Origin: Flavobacteriales bacterium
GTDB taxonomy: Bacteria > Bacteroidota > Bacteroidia > UBA10329
Assembly (NCBI GenBank): GCA_016124845.1
Contig: WGMW01000009.1
Span: 149,624-213,623, forward strand
Reading direction: 5' to 3'
Length of the DNA stretch: 64,000 bases
Positions 10,333-20,775 of the stretch are shown here, in pieces (positions within the stretch are counted from its first letter, which is position 1; each line of letters starts with the position of its first letter). Below the pieces are notes generated by a model, which saw nothing but the letters and a program-made list of their open reading frames with translations, had not been told where the DNA came from and did not search any database. The position numbers and the translations under genes were made by a program.

Positions 10333-10985
10333 TAACTGATGTCGAGAAGTGGGCCTTGCTCAAGCGCAAACCGTACGAGTCCGACCACATTTTTGACCCC
10401 CAATTTTTTGATCAGATTGCGTTTGTGCGTTTCCACCGTACGAAGGCTGATGTTGATCGTGTCGGCAATTTCCTGATTGGTATATTCCTTGGCCACGTAG
10501 TGAAGCACCTCTTTTTCGCGGTTGCTCAGAACAATGTCAAAATTATCCGAATCGCCTTCGGTGGTCAGCGACTGGGTCATGATGTCCAATACCTCCTGAC
10601 AGAAATAACTGTCACCACCGACCACGGTCTCAATCGCTTTCTTCACTTCATTGTGCGAGGCATTCTTAAGGATGTATCCCGAAGCACCGGCCTTCAGCAT
10701 TCTTCGTATCACCTGAACCTCTTCGTGCATGGAAAAGGCCAACACTTTAATATTGGGCCATCTCTCTTTGATGGTTTCTGTTGTAGAAACATCCAATTTC
10801 CCTTCCATGTTAATGTCCATGAGCACAACATCCGGTCTGGTCTTTTCAATACAGCCCAAGGCCTTTTCCCCATTCTCGGCCTCACAGACCACTTCAATCC
10901 CGTCCGATTTGTCGAATAGCGAAACAATGCCGCCACGCAGCATGGGATGATCATCGACCACAAGTAGCTTCACCTTGTTCATCAT
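10332..10985 (-). CDS. Response regulator, NarL/FixJ (LuxR HTH) family
   Basis: Receiver domain LLVVDDHPMLRGG...DVVLMDINM, plus a C-terminal LuxR-type HTH (EVLHYVAKEYTNQEIADTINISLRTVETH). Confidence 0.9.
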   Translation of the reverse strand: MMNKVKLLVVDDHPMLRGGIVSLFDKSDGIEVVCEAENGEKALGCIEKTRPDVVLMDINMEGKLDVSTTETIKERWPNIKVLAFSMHEEVQVIRRMLKAGASGYILKNASHNEVKKAIETVVGGDSYFCQEVLDIMTQSLTTEGDSDNFDIVLSNREKEVLHYVAKEYTNQEIADTINISLRTVETHKRNLIKKLGVKNVVGLVRFALEQGPLLDIS

Positions 10986-13900
10986 AACATCTTTGGAACT
11001 TCAATATTAATAAGAGTACCTGAATCCAACGCACTTTCTATATCAATCTGTCCTCCCATCAACGCAACCCTCGATCTGATATTTTTCAACCCGATACCAT
11101 TCACATCCTGCGACCTGTCGAATCCCTTTCCATCATCTTCCACCATCAGGTTCAAACTATCACCATGATCCATTAAACTTACGAAAACCCGTTTACAATT
11201 TGAATGTTTCTGTATGTTGTTCACCAATTCTTGGGTTATGCGGTAAAGGTTCATTTCAATGAGCGAATTGTAGCGAGGTTCAAGATCTGCATGATCGAAT
11301 TTTACTTGAATGCCCGACCTGTCCTGCAAACTGGCGCAGATCTGCTTCACGGCTTCTTTCAACCCGAAACTCTCCAGTACTTCCGGCATCAGGTCATGCG
11401 AAATTCCGCGCACTTCCCGAATGGCGCTTTGCAGGTTGGTGTTCAGTTTCTCAAGCTGATCTGAAAGTTTCTTTGAATTGAAAACAGCCTCATCTTCTCG
11501 GATCTGTGAAACCAACAGACCGATTGCCGAAAGGATCTGGCCGATTCCATCGTGCAACTCTGCGCCAAGACGTTTGCGCTCTTGCTCCTGTCCACGCAGC
11601 ACCGCGTTCATCTCAGAGCGTTCCTTGTTCTTCTCCTCAGTAATATCGCGGATAATGAGAATGGCCTTGAAGAATTTACCATCCTGAAACTTGGCCAGGT
11701 ACTTATTGTAGTAGGTGCGTACCGAACCATCCGGACCGGTATAACTGGTCGTTTCCACTTCAAAGCCCTTGCCTGTGGTTCGGAGCAACTCAAAACCGGT
11801 CCTGACAGATGCCTGAACCTCGGAATCGGGGTACCAGTCGAAAACGCTGCTTCCGACCACATCTTCGGTTCGAAGACCCAATGCTGTTTTATTTACAGAT
11901 TCAACCGTGCCGTCCTCGCTAAGCGTTGCAATGAAGTCCTCCACATTATCGAAGATCAAACGGAGCTGATTTTCAGACTGCTTGAGTTTAAGTTCCTGTT
12001 CCCGCTTTTCGGTCCTGTCCCGTATAAGCGACTGGATATACGTTTTTCTACCCTCTTTACGCTTCACAAAACGAACCTCTACAGGAATCGAATTCCCATC
12101 CTTTTTAATAACAGTTGTATCGAATGTCTGAGGTAAATTGGTCGGTAGTTCCTTCAGGTAATTCTGATACGTCCTGCCATTCCACCGTGGGTCGATATGA
12201 TGCGCTTTCATAGACAGAAGTTCCTCTCTGCTATACCCCAACATATCAGAAGCAACCTGATTGACGTCCAGAATATTCTGTGCCGCATCATGGAAAAAGA
12301 AGGCATCTCCTGAGTTGAGCGAAAGCGTTTCCATACGATCCTGAGTAAGCTTTGCCGCCAGTTCGGCCTCAACTTTAGGTGTTATATCCGTTGAGCAGAC
12401 GTAGAACCCGACCACCTCTCCCAGTTCCGACATTTCGGGACCAAGGGCGACACTGAAATAGTGATGCACTCCGTCTGCCATCACTCCATCATAATCATAG
12501 AACACCATATCGCCAGATGCTGCCATTTCAAATTTCCCCTTCAACCGAGAGAATCCATCTTCTCCAAGCACTTCTTTGATATGACGCCCTTCCAATTTCT
12601 TGGGGTCAATGCCCATCTTATTATAGGTGTCATTGAGAAACAGGTAGCGATAGTCCTTTGAGACCCTGGCTATGTAAATTGGTATGGTATTCAGAATTGC
12701 ACGGGTATCTGCCTCCATCCGCTCCAAAACCTGGTGCGTACGCTCAAGTTTGTGTTCGGCCTTTTTTCGAAGACGGATCTCTTTCTTCTGCTCTGCCTGA
12801 AGCACGCGGTTCTCAATGATCATGGCCGCGTGTTCAGCAAGGTCGCGCGCCTGTTTGAGTTCCATTTCGGTCAATGACGGCTGCCCTGACAGGCGAGTAA
12901 GGTCCAACGTTCCGAGAATACGCTTGTGGCTTACCAAGGGAATGTATGCGAATGAGGCGGGTAGAATGCGCACATCGATCCCTGCCTCTTCGGTCTTTTT
13001 TCGGAGTTCCTCAGACAGCTCTTTTACATAAACCTCTTTTCCAGTAGCTACCGCTTTGCCCACCATGCCTTGCCCCACCTTCAATTGTCGGCTGACCAAC
13101 TGTTGTTCAATGATGCGATGGATCTTCTCGTCCCGATAATGAATTGCCACCAGATTCAGTACCTGATTCTCCTCATCAAGAATATGTACATCGCACACTA
13201 CATCGAAAAACAGCGAAACCCGTATTACGAACTCCTGAAGGATGGAGTCGATACTGGAAGAGACATCGGCCAACACGGCCGATATTTCCAATTTGAACTC
13301 CGCCCATTGTTTTTCCCGTTCGAGACGCGCCTCCGCCTCCATTCTCCTGGCCACCTCTTGCCGCTGTCGTGCCTTAAGCAGACTGTTCTCTACAAAGAGT
13401 GCCACATAGTCTCCCAACCTACGAATCTGATCGGCCTGACTATCTGAGAATGCCTCTTGACCTTCGGTCCGGGTCAGATTCAATGAACCCAGCACCCTTT
13501 CGGCTCCCCGAAGCGGCACATACATTATGGATGACGGGACGATCTTCGGACTGACAGCACGCGGATTGACCCTCATGGCCTCTGGGACCGAAGGAATGAA
13601 CAGTTCGTTTCCCGTGGTGATAACGCGTCCTACCAACCCCTCGCCTTTCAGCACCGTACTGCTCTCAAATATCCTCCCGATGGTCTTCCTCACTTCGGGA
13701 TCTGGATGGAACATGGCCTCTGGCCGAATGATTCCGTTTGCTGTATCGAGCATCGCAATGTCGCACACCGCATTCAAGAACAGCGAAACCTCTTTGGCAA
13801 ACTGCTGAAGAGCTTCTGCGTATTCCAATTCGGGTTTGGAAAGAATGCGTGCAGCCTTCAGCAAAAACTGATTGACACGGTTGAGTTCGTCCAATTTTTG

Positions 13901-14341
13901 ACGCTGATCAACACTTTCGGTAATGTCTGTCGCGTAACCGATGCATTTGATCGGTCTTCCATCTGCATCGCGCTCATACACATATTCTTCGCTTCGGAAC
14001 CAGATCCAATCTCCGTCCTTGTGACGCATGCGGTAATCGAACTGCACAAATTCGTTGTCCTTCAGCTTTTGCAGGTCACGAGCCGCTTGTCTCATTGTAG
14101 GAAGATCATCTTCATGCACCAGTCCACGAATTCCAGTCCCTTGCTTCAGAACTGGATCTTCCTCGAAACCAAGCATTTTCTTCAGGGTCCACGAACGGTA
14201 GAGATTCACATCGTTTACGAGGTCGTGGATATAGATCATTCCAGGAACACGGTCAAACACCGATTCCAAGAACTTTCTATCCGCCTGAATTTTCTCGAAG
14301 AGTTCTGAATTAGAACCTGCTATTCCAACCGCCTTGCTCAC
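10982..14341 (-). CDS. Multi-sensor signal transduction histidine kinase (PAS/GAF repeats + HisKA_3 + HATPase_c)
   Basis: 1119 aa. It contains several PAS-like and GAF-like segments. The C-terminus has a NarX/LiaS-type H-box (ELHDGIGQILSAI) and an ATPase domain. It is translationally overlapped (ATGA) with the LuxR regulator. Confidence 0.85.
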   Translation of the reverse strand: MSKAVGIAGSNSELFEKIQADRKFLESVFDRVPGMIYIHDLVNDVNLYRSWTLKKMLGFEEDPVLKQGTGIRGLVHEDDLPTMRQAARDLQKLKDNEFVQFDYRMRHKDGDWIWFRSEEYVYERDADGRPIKCIGYATDITESVDQRQKLDELNRVNQFLLKAARILSKPELEYAEALQQFAKEVSLFLNAVCDIAMLDTANGIIRPEAMFHPDPEVRKTIGRIFESSTVLKGEGLVGRVITTGNELFIPSVPEAMRVNPRAVSPKIVPSSIMYVPLRGAERVLGSLNLTRTEGQEAFSDSQADQIRRLGDYVALFVENSLLKARQRQEVARRMEAEARLEREKQWAEFKLEISAVLADVSSSIDSILQEFVIRVSLFFDVVCDVHILDEENQVLNLVAIHYRDEKIHRIIEQQLVSRQLKVGQGMVGKAVATGKEVYVKELSEELRKKTEEAGIDVRILPASFAYIPLVSHKRILGTLDLTRLSGQPSLTEMELKQARDLAEHAAMIIENRVLQAEQKKEIRLRKKAEHKLERTHQVLERMEADTRAILNTIPIYIARVSKDYRYLFLNDTYNKMGIDPKKLEGRHIKEVLGEDGFSRLKGKFEMAASGDMVFYDYDGVMADGVHHYFSVALGPEMSELGEVVGFYVCSTDITPKVEAELAAKLTQDRMETLSLNSGDAFFFHDAAQNILDVNQVASDMLGYSREELLSMKAHHIDPRWNGRTYQNYLKELPTNLPQTFDTTVIKKDGNSIPVEVRFVKRKEGRKTYIQSLIRDRTEKREQELKLKQSENQLRLIFDNVEDFIATLSEDGTVESVNKTALGLRTEDVVGSSVFDWYPDSEVQASVRTGFELLRTTGKGFEVETTSYTGPDGSVRTYYNKYLAKFQDGKFFKAILIIRDITEEKNKERSEMNAVLRGQEQERKRLGAELHDGIGQILSAIGLLVSQIREDEAVFNSKKLSDQLEKLNTNLQSAIREVRGISHDLMPEVLESFGLKEAVKQICASLQDRSGIQVKFDHADLEPRYNSLIEMNLYRITQELVNNIQKHSNCKRVFVSLMDHGDSLNLMVEDDGKGFDRSQDVNGIGLKNIRSRVALMGGQIDIESALDSGTLINIEVPKML

Positions 14342-14408
14342 AACGCTAAATTACCGAAAAGCAAGAGGCAAGAAACAACAAAGCCCCGCAGAGGCGAGGC
14401 TTTGAGCG

Positions 14409-14481
<73 letters not shown>

Positions 14482-14574
14482 TCTTTTGAGGGCTGCAAAT
14501 GTAAAAATATTTCGAATTGAGAACACCTCGTAAAATCGCGTGTCAACATTCGGTTCGCTACCTTTACGTCTGTA

Positions 14575-15291
14575 ATGAATCTGGCCATCGACATCGGAAA
14601 CTCACGCACTAAATGGGCGCGTTTCAACCATCGGGATGTGATCGAATCGGGCATGACGCCCGAAACCGATTGGGATGCGCTGATGTCCATCATCGATTTT
14701 CACCCGAAGGATGCGGTCACCATTTCGAGCGTGGTGCATTTGCCTGAACCTTTCCTGAATTTCTGCGCCAACAGAAACGTGTTGCTCATCGACCATTCGA
14801 CCCCGATCCCGCTCAAGAACAATTACAGCACGCCAAGTACGTTGGGCATGGATCGGCTCTGTTCGGCCATCGGTGCCAAAAGTCTGTTCCCAGAAAATCC
14901 AGTACTGGTCATAGACATTGGCACCTGCATCAAATTCGAGTTTGTCTCAAATGACAGCACTTACGAAGGCGGCAACATCTCGCCTGGACTTCGAATGCGG
15001 TTTGCCTCGCTTAACAATTACACCTCAAAACTTCCTTCGCTGGAACCTGAGCTCACCGATGGCCCGATCGGCAGGTCAACAACCGAGGCACTTCGACTGG
15101 GTGTTCAACAAGGAATGTTGTTCGAGATCTGCACAATGATCGAGACCATGAAAGCGTTACACCCCGACCTGAAAACGGTGGGTACAGGAGGCGACCTTCC
15201 CTTTTTTGTAAATGACCTTAAAACTCACATCTTTGCAGACCTTTTGCTCGTGCTACGAGGCATAAATGAGATTTACCTACACAATTCTTAG
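14575..15291 (+). CDS. coaX: Type III pantothenate kinase
   Basis: 238 aa. MNLAIDIGNSRTKWA is the signature CoaX/Baf N-terminus. Confidence 0.85.
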   Translation: MNLAIDIGNSRTKWARFNHRDVIESGMTPETDWDALMSIIDFHPKDAVTISSVVHLPEPFLNFCANRNVLLIDHSTPIPLKNNYSTPSTLGMDRLCSAIGAKSLFPENPVLVIDIGTCIKFEFVSNDSTYEGGNISPGLRMRFASLNNYTSKLPSLEPELTDGPIGRSTTEALRLGVQQGMLFEICTMIETMKALHPDLKTVGTGGDLPFFVNDLKTHIFADLLLVLRGINEIYLHNS

Positions 15292-16630
15292 TTCGGTCAT
15301 CCGATCTGCGGTGTTCTTTTTCCTATTCGGAGGGGCGCTCGTAGCAACTGGTCAACCTTCCAACAATTCTCCGTATGCGAGGTATGGCTTGGGCAATTTA
15401 AACAATGGTGTCAACGTTCGCTCTGCAGGAATTGGTGGTTTGAGCATCGCCATGCGTGAAGACAGTATTCCATTTCTGGTCAATTTTCTGAACCCCGCGT
15501 CCTACACTTCGGTAGGTTTCACGGCATTCGACATCGGTGTTTACGGTAACGTGGCCAAACTATCCACCAGCACGGCTTCGCAGAATGTGAACAAGGCCAA
15601 TCTTTCCTACTTCGCATTCGGCTTTCCTGTGGTAAGCAAATGGTGGGGCGGAGCTTTTGGGCTTCGCGAGTTCAGCAGTGTGAACTATTCCGCATCCGAA
15701 TCCAAATTCGACACAACAGGAGCCTTCGGCCAGACCGACAAGTTCGAATATCAATACAAGTTCCAAGGCACAGGCGGTGTCAACCAGTTCTTCGTTGGAA
15801 TGGGACTGCGGCCTTTCAAGAATTTCTCCATCGGCATCAATGCCTCGTACCTGTTCGGAAGATTGAACCGTATTCAGCGTTTGGAGTTTCAAGAGAACTA
15901 CTACTTCAACGTAAAGACCGAGCGTTTTACCGATGTTGGCGGATTCTACGTGGACTACGGTCTCCAATATGTTGCGCCTCTTAAAAAGGGACAGAACGTG
16001 CTGATTTTCGGAGCCACGTTCGCACATCCGATGAAGGTTCGCGCCAACAGCACCACGCTGGCGCAGACATACACACTCACATCTTATGGCGAAGACATTC
16101 TCCGCGACACCATGCTCTACAGCGTGATCAAAGGCGGTTACATTACCATGCCCTGGAAATACGGTTTCGGGGTCACTTATAAGGTCGGAACGAAGTGGTT
16201 GATCGGGGCTGAGGCCCAACAACAACTCTGGAGCCAGTACCGCGATGTGAACGGAAAGAACGATTCGCTCTCCGATTCATGGAAAACTGCCGTAGGTCTC
16301 GAATACAAACCTTCGGTTGCGGAGACGGCACGGGGCATTTGGGCCTATTTCGGTAAGATGCATTACCGCTTTGGCGGCTACTATGGACTCAGCCAGTACA
16401 AGCTCAATGGCGTGCAGTTGCCACAGTATGGCATAACTCTTGGTTTCGGGTTCCCGCTAAGAAGAACAAGAGCAGGTTCCGACAAGTACATTCAGAGCAT
16501 GATCAACTTTGCAGTTGAATGGGGACAAAGAGGAATGACATCCAACTCCCTGCTGCTGGAAAACTTTTGGAATTTCAAACTCGGATTCACTTTAAATGAC
16601 AGATGGTTTATAAAACGCAAATACCAATAA
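15266..16630 (+). CDS. Outer-membrane beta-barrel protein (hypothetical)
   Basis: 454 aa with a signal peptide. Alternating aromatic/hydrophobic beta-strand pattern and a C-terminal aromatic residue region. Confidence 0.5.
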   Translation: MRFTYTILSSVIRSAVFFFLFGGALVATGQPSNNSPYARYGLGNLNNGVNVRSAGIGGLSIAMREDSIPFLVNFLNPASYTSVGFTAFDIGVYGNVAKLSTSTASQNVNKANLSYFAFGFPVVSKWWGGAFGLREFSSVNYSASESKFDTTGAFGQTDKFEYQYKFQGTGGVNQFFVGMGLRPFKNFSIGINASYLFGRLNRIQRLEFQENYYFNVKTERFTDVGGFYVDYGLQYVAPLKKGQNVLIFGATFAHPMKVRANSTTLAQTYTLTSYGEDILRDTMLYSVIKGGYITMPWKYGFGVTYKVGTKWLIGAEAQQQLWSQYRDVNGKNDSLSDSWKTAVGLEYKPSVAETARGIWAYFGKMHYRFGGYYGLSQYKLNGVQLPQYGITLGFGFPLRRTRAGSDKYIQSMINFAVEWGQRGMTSNSLLLENFWNFKLGFTLNDRWFIKRKYQ

Positions 16631-16632
16631 TG

Positions 16633-17994
16633 ATGAAAAAGACAGGTTTTACACTTACAAACATTTCGATGCTCGTTATTGTACAACTGCTGCTAATTGG
16701 AACATCGGGCTTTGCCCAAGATGGCGATGACAAGTTCGGTGCCGACCCAGACAAATGCAGAGAGAACGTCTCCCTTTACCGAGAATACTACAAGCAGAAG
16801 AATTATGATGACGCCATTATGGGATGGAGATGGGTTTTCAAAAACTGCCCTGCCTCTACCAAGAACATTGTGATCAACGGACCGACCATCATCGAGCATT
16901 TCATCAAGAAGAATGAAGGAAATCCAGATGTGAGAAAGGCCTACATCGATACGTTGATGATGGTTTACGACAAGCGTATTGAGCTTTACCCAGATGACAA
17001 AGGATATGGTTTAGGTCGTAAGGGCATGGACATGTACGAGTATGCCGAAGATGACTATACAGATGCTTACAACACTTTGATGGAATCGATGGAAACAGAT
17101 AAGTTGATCACCGATCCGTACGTGTTGATGCGACTTTACCTGGCAGGCATGAAGCGTTTGAAAGCGGAGCAGGTAGAACTGGAGACCATGTACGACCTAT
17201 ATGACAAGGTTTCTGAGATCCTTGATGACCAGTACAGCAAATTGCCTGAAGGAGCGACTGAAGACAACAACATTGATATGAAGAAAATCAATCAGGCGCG
17301 AAGCGTGATCGATCCGAACTTCGAGGCCATTGCCAAAGAAGACCAGTATGTGGCGTTGATGGAACCGAAAGTTGACGCAGAGCCAGATAATGTGCAACTG
17401 TTGGAGAAAGTGGTTGTGATGATGACCAAGAGAAAGTGGACAAACAACGATTTCTACCTGAAAGCCGCTGAGTTGCTGTACAAGAAGAATCCTTCAGCAA
17501 CTGCCGCTTACGGTCTTTACGAAGGCTACGCCAAGAAAGGTCAGGATGATGAAGCTGCCAAGTACTTGGAAGAATCTGTAAAACTGGAGCAGGACAAGAA
17601 CGAGAAGGCCGACAAGATGCTGAAACTGGCCAAGGTTTACGGTGGACAGAAAAACTACAGCAAGGCGCGCTCAACCGCGCAGGATGCTGCAGCGTTGAAA
17701 CCAGGTTGGGGCGAGCCATACATTTACATTGGCGAGCTCTATTTGGGAACTGCGGCAAGTTGTGGCTCTACTCCGTGCGATTCTAAATATGGCATTTGGG
17801 CTGCTGAGGACATGTTCCTGAAAGCGAAAGCCGTTGACTCTTCTATGGCTGAGGAAGCTGGAAAGAAAGCTGCTTCCTGCAAGAAGTACTACCCGATTGC
17901 CAAGGATTGTTTCTTCGAAGGAATCAAAGATGGCGACAAGGTTACCGTTGGAGGTTGGATCGGAGTTGAAACCACAGCTCGCATTGGTAGCTAA
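16633..17994 (+). CDS. Secreted hypothetical protein (TPR-like helical repeats)
   Basis: Start chosen at MKKTGFTL, a signal peptide located right after the upstream stop; the ORF track starts at 16603. The sequence is Lys/Glu/Tyr-rich and helical. Confidence 0.5.
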   Translation: MKKTGFTLTNISMLVIVQLLLIGTSGFAQDGDDKFGADPDKCRENVSLYREYYKQKNYDDAIMGWRWVFKNCPASTKNIVINGPTIIEHFIKKNEGNPDVRKAYIDTLMMVYDKRIELYPDDKGYGLGRKGMDMYEYAEDDYTDAYNTLMESMETDKLITDPYVLMRLYLAGMKRLKAEQVELETMYDLYDKVSEILDDQYSKLPEGATEDNNIDMKKINQARSVIDPNFEAIAKEDQYVALMEPKVDAEPDNVQLLEKVVVMMTKRKWTNNDFYLKAAELLYKKNPSATAAYGLYEGYAKKGQDDEAAKYLEESVKLEQDKNEKADKMLKLAKVYGGQKNYSKARSTAQDAAALKPGWGEPYIYIGELYLGTAASCGSTPCDSKYGIWAAEDMFLKAKAVDSSMAEEAGKKAASCKKYYPIAKDCFFEGIKDGDKVTVGGWIGVETTARIGS

Positions 17995-18010
17995 TTCACC
18001 TGACACGACA

Positions 18011-18589
18011 TTGACAAAAAAGGTAGGGAAGCTCTTGCTTCCTTGCCTTTTTCTTTTTGCACTTGTGCTTGGTGGCTGCGTGAACGACATGGACGAGGTG
18101 AACGCCATTGTGGAAAATGAACTTCTTCCTGTAGAAACGGCCGACAACATCCGCATCATCTATTCCGATTCGGCTGTTCTGAAAGTGATTCTTGAAGCGA
18201 AACACTTGGAACGCTTTATGGGCGAAGAGCCTTATTTGGAAATGACAGGAGGTGTGCATGTTCGGTTTTTCAATAACTTGGGTGAAACTGAATCGGAATT
18301 GCGCTCGAACTATGCGGTCAGCTATCAGAACAAGGATGTGATGGAAGCCAAGGAAAACGTGGTGGTGGTGAACAAGAAGGGCGAAACGCTCAATACGGAA
18401 CACTTGGTGTGGGAAAAGAAGACCGAGCGCATTCACACCGAAGAATTTGTGAAGATCACTACCGAAGATGAGGTTATCTTCGGCCATGGGCTGGAGTCCA
18501 ATCAGGATTTCACCAAATACAAGATCAAAAACATAAAGGGAACGATCAATCTAAAGGATGGAGAACACACGGGTACTGAAGATTCTTGA
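18011..18589 (+). CDS. lptC: LptC-like LPS export periplasmic protein (lipoprotein)
   Basis: The ORF track start at 17834 overlaps the upstream gene. A plausible TTG start lies at 18011 with signal/lipobox LFALVLGGC. The body resembles Bacteroidota LptC (…NTEHLVWEKKTERIHTEEFVKITT…). Confidence 0.55.
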   Translation: MTKKVGKLLLPCLFLFALVLGGCVNDMDEVNAIVENELLPVETADNIRIIYSDSAVLKVILEAKHLERFMGEEPYLEMTGGVHVRFFNNLGETESELRSNYAVSYQNKDVMEAKENVVVVNKKGETLNTEHLVWEKKTERIHTEEFVKITTEDEVIFGHGLESNQDFTKYKIKNIKGTINLKDGEHTGTEDS

Positions 18590-18776
18590 AATAGCTTGGC
18601 TCATCATCGGCATCGGAGCCGTGGTGATGGGCGCATACCAATACAACACGTACGGTTGGGAAACCGCGAAATGGCTCTTCTTGGGAGCATTGATCGCGGG
18701 CATCTTTTACGCAACCCGCAGGCGCATGCGCATGCGAATCGAGGCGGATAAAAAGAACAGAGAAGACAAAAAGTGA
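18558..18776 (+). CDS. Small membrane protein (2 TM), hypothetical
   Basis: 72 aa with two hydrophobic helices and a basic tail. It fills the lptC-CNNM gap with 4-nt overlaps. Confidence 0.35.
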   Translation: MENTRVLKILEIAWLIIGIGAVVMGAYQYNTYGWETAKWLFLGALIAGIFYATRRRMRMRIEADKKNREDKK

Positions 18777-20023
18777 GTTCACTTCTTATCATACTTATCT
18801 GCTTGGTGCTTTCGGCCTTCTTCTCAGGAATGGAGATCGCCTTTGTTTCGGCCAATCGTTTTAAAATAGAAGTTGACCGAAAAAAGGGAAACCTTTCGGG
18901 CAGCATCATCGGTGGATTTTTGGAACAGCCGTCACGTTTCATCAGCACGCTGCTGGTAGGGAACAATATTGCGCTGGTCGTTTACGGCATTGTGATGGCC
19001 AATGTGCTGGAGCCTTGGATCCGGACCTTCACCGAAACGGAATCGGCCATTCTTGTGGTTCAGACCATTCTTTCCACGTTGCTCATTCTGGTTACGGCCG
19101 AGTTTCTTCCCAAAGCATTTTTCCGCATCAACCCAAATCGCATGCTCGACCTTTTTGCTGTTCCTGCAAAGGTGTCGTATGTGCTGCTTTACCCGCTGGT
19201 TTGGGTCATCGACCGCTTCTCCAAACAGATCCTTTCTGCGCTGTTCAAAGTGAAGTTGAACGAGGAGAAAATGACCTTCGGGCGATCCGATCTGGATGAA
19301 TACGTGAACGAGTTCACCAGTTCGGATGAGGAACAGGAAGTGGACAGCGAGATCAAGATATTCCGCAACGCACTCAGTTTCAGCGACATCAAAGTGCGCG
19401 AATGCATGATTCCGCGAACGGAGATCGTGGCGGTGGATATTGAAACCGACATCAACGAACTGAAAGCCAAATTGGTGGAAACAGGACTTTCCAAGATCCT
19501 CATTTACCGCGATGAGATCGACAACATCATCGGTTACGTTCACTCGTTCGAGCTTTTTCAGCGGCCAAGCAGCATCAAGAACATCATCCGTCCGATAAGT
19601 CTTGTGCCCGAAAGCACCAAGGTGAAAGACCTATTGAAGCAGTTCGGGCAGCAGCGCAGAAGTGTGGCCGTGGTGCTGAACGAGTATGGCGGCACGGCTG
19701 GAATGGTCACCGTGGAGGACATCGTGGAAGAGATCTTCGGAGACATTGAAGATGAGCACGACAAGGAAGATCTGGTGGAGGAACGCATCAGCGAGAACGA
19801 GTATCGGCTTTCAGCCCGATTGGAGATCCATTACATCAACGAGGCCTTCAATCTCGACCTGCCCGAATCGGACAATTACACCACGCTGGCCGGCTACATC
19901 ATCGAACATTACCAGAGCATTCCGCAACTGGATGAAGTGATCCGCTTCGAAGATTATGAGTTCACCGTGACCAAAGTCGATAGCACGCGTATTGACGAGG
20001 TGGTGTTGCGCGTCTTAGATTAA
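18773..20023 (+). CDS. CNNM/CorC-HlyC family transporter (DUF21 + CBS pair + CorC_HlyC; GldE-like hemolysin family)
   Basis: 416 aa. N-terminal 4-TM DUF21 (FFSGMEIAFVSANR), followed by CBS domains and a C-terminal transporter-associated domain. Confidence 0.85.
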   Translation: MSSLLIILICLVLSAFFSGMEIAFVSANRFKIEVDRKKGNLSGSIIGGFLEQPSRFISTLLVGNNIALVVYGIVMANVLEPWIRTFTETESAILVVQTILSTLLILVTAEFLPKAFFRINPNRMLDLFAVPAKVSYVLLYPLVWVIDRFSKQILSALFKVKLNEEKMTFGRSDLDEYVNEFTSSDEEQEVDSEIKIFRNALSFSDIKVRECMIPRTEIVAVDIETDINELKAKLVETGLSKILIYRDEIDNIIGYVHSFELFQRPSSIKNIIRPISLVPESTKVKDLLKQFGQQRRSVAVVLNEYGGTAGMVTVEDIVEEIFGDIEDEHDKEDLVEERISENEYRLSARLEIHYINEAFNLDLPESDNYTTLAGYIIEHYQSIPQLDEVIRFEDYEFTVTKVDSTRIDEVVLRVLD

Positions 20024-20094
20024 ACAAATGTTAATGGTATATTAACGCCTCAACGCGGCAAGTTGAGCAACTTTGCGCCCGAACACGCTCGGAT

Positions 20095-20775
20095 ATGAAG
20101 GATAATCCAGTAATTCTAATTGTCGATGACGAGGAAGACATCCTCGAATTTCTCGAATACAATCTGAAAAAAGAGGACTTTGAGGTGCATGTAGCTTCGT
20201 CTGGTCGTAAGGCCATTGACATTGCTCAGCGCGTTAGCCCCGACCTGATAATATTGGACGTGATGATGCCCGATCTGGATGGCATCGAAACCTGTAAGGA
20301 GCTGCGCGATCTTCCGAACATGAAGAACACACTGATTGCTTTCCTTACCGCCAGAAATGAAGATTATTCGCAGATCGCAGGCTTCGATGCTGGCGCGGAT
20401 GATTACATCAACAAACCGATAAAGCCGCGTGTGCTGGTGAGCCGCATCAAGGCATTGCTTCGCAGACACAATCCGATCAACCAGAATCAGGTTTTTGAAA
20501 CCGGATCAGGATTGAAGATCGACCGCAACAAATACGTGATCGAGTTACAGGGAAAAGAGCTGACGCTGCCGAAGAAGGAATTCGAACTGCTGGCGTTGTT
20601 GGCATCCAAACCTGGTCATGTTTTCACTCGCGATTTCATCCTCAGCTCTGTTTGGGGCGAGCAGGTGGTTGTGGGCGATCGCACCATCGATGTGCACATC
20701 CGCAAGCTTCGCGAAAAGATCGGTGACCGCTCCATAAAAACGGTGAAAGGAGTTGGGTACAAATTCGAAGAGTAA
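20095..20775 (+). CDS. Response regulator, OmpR/PhoB winged-helix family
   Basis: Receiver ILIVDDEEDILE...DLIILDVMMP, plus a C-terminal winged helix (TLPKKEFELLALLASKPGHVFTRD...). Confidence 0.9.
   Translation: MKDNPVILIVDDEEDILEFLEYNLKKEDFEVHVASSGRKAIDIAQRVSPDLIILDVMMPDLDGIETCKELRDLPNMKNTLIAFLTARNEDYSQIAGFDAGADDYINKPIKPRVLVSRIKALLRRHNPINQNQVFETGSGLKIDRNKYVIELQGKELTLPKKEFELLALLASKPGHVFTRDFILSSVWGEQVVVGDRTIDVHIRKLREKIGDRSIKTVKGVGYKFEE

Noticed and set aside
10356-10919. 187-aa plus-strand ORF opposite the LuxR response regulator
   Set aside because: It is antisense to a gene with unmistakable receiver and HTH motifs. It has no independent support.
17288-18159. Minus-strand ORFs of 156 and 162 aa overlapping the TPR-like and lptC genes
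   Set aside because: They are Ser/Arg/Pro-rich, low-complexity antisense frames within well-behaved plus-strand genes. They lack start context and motifs.
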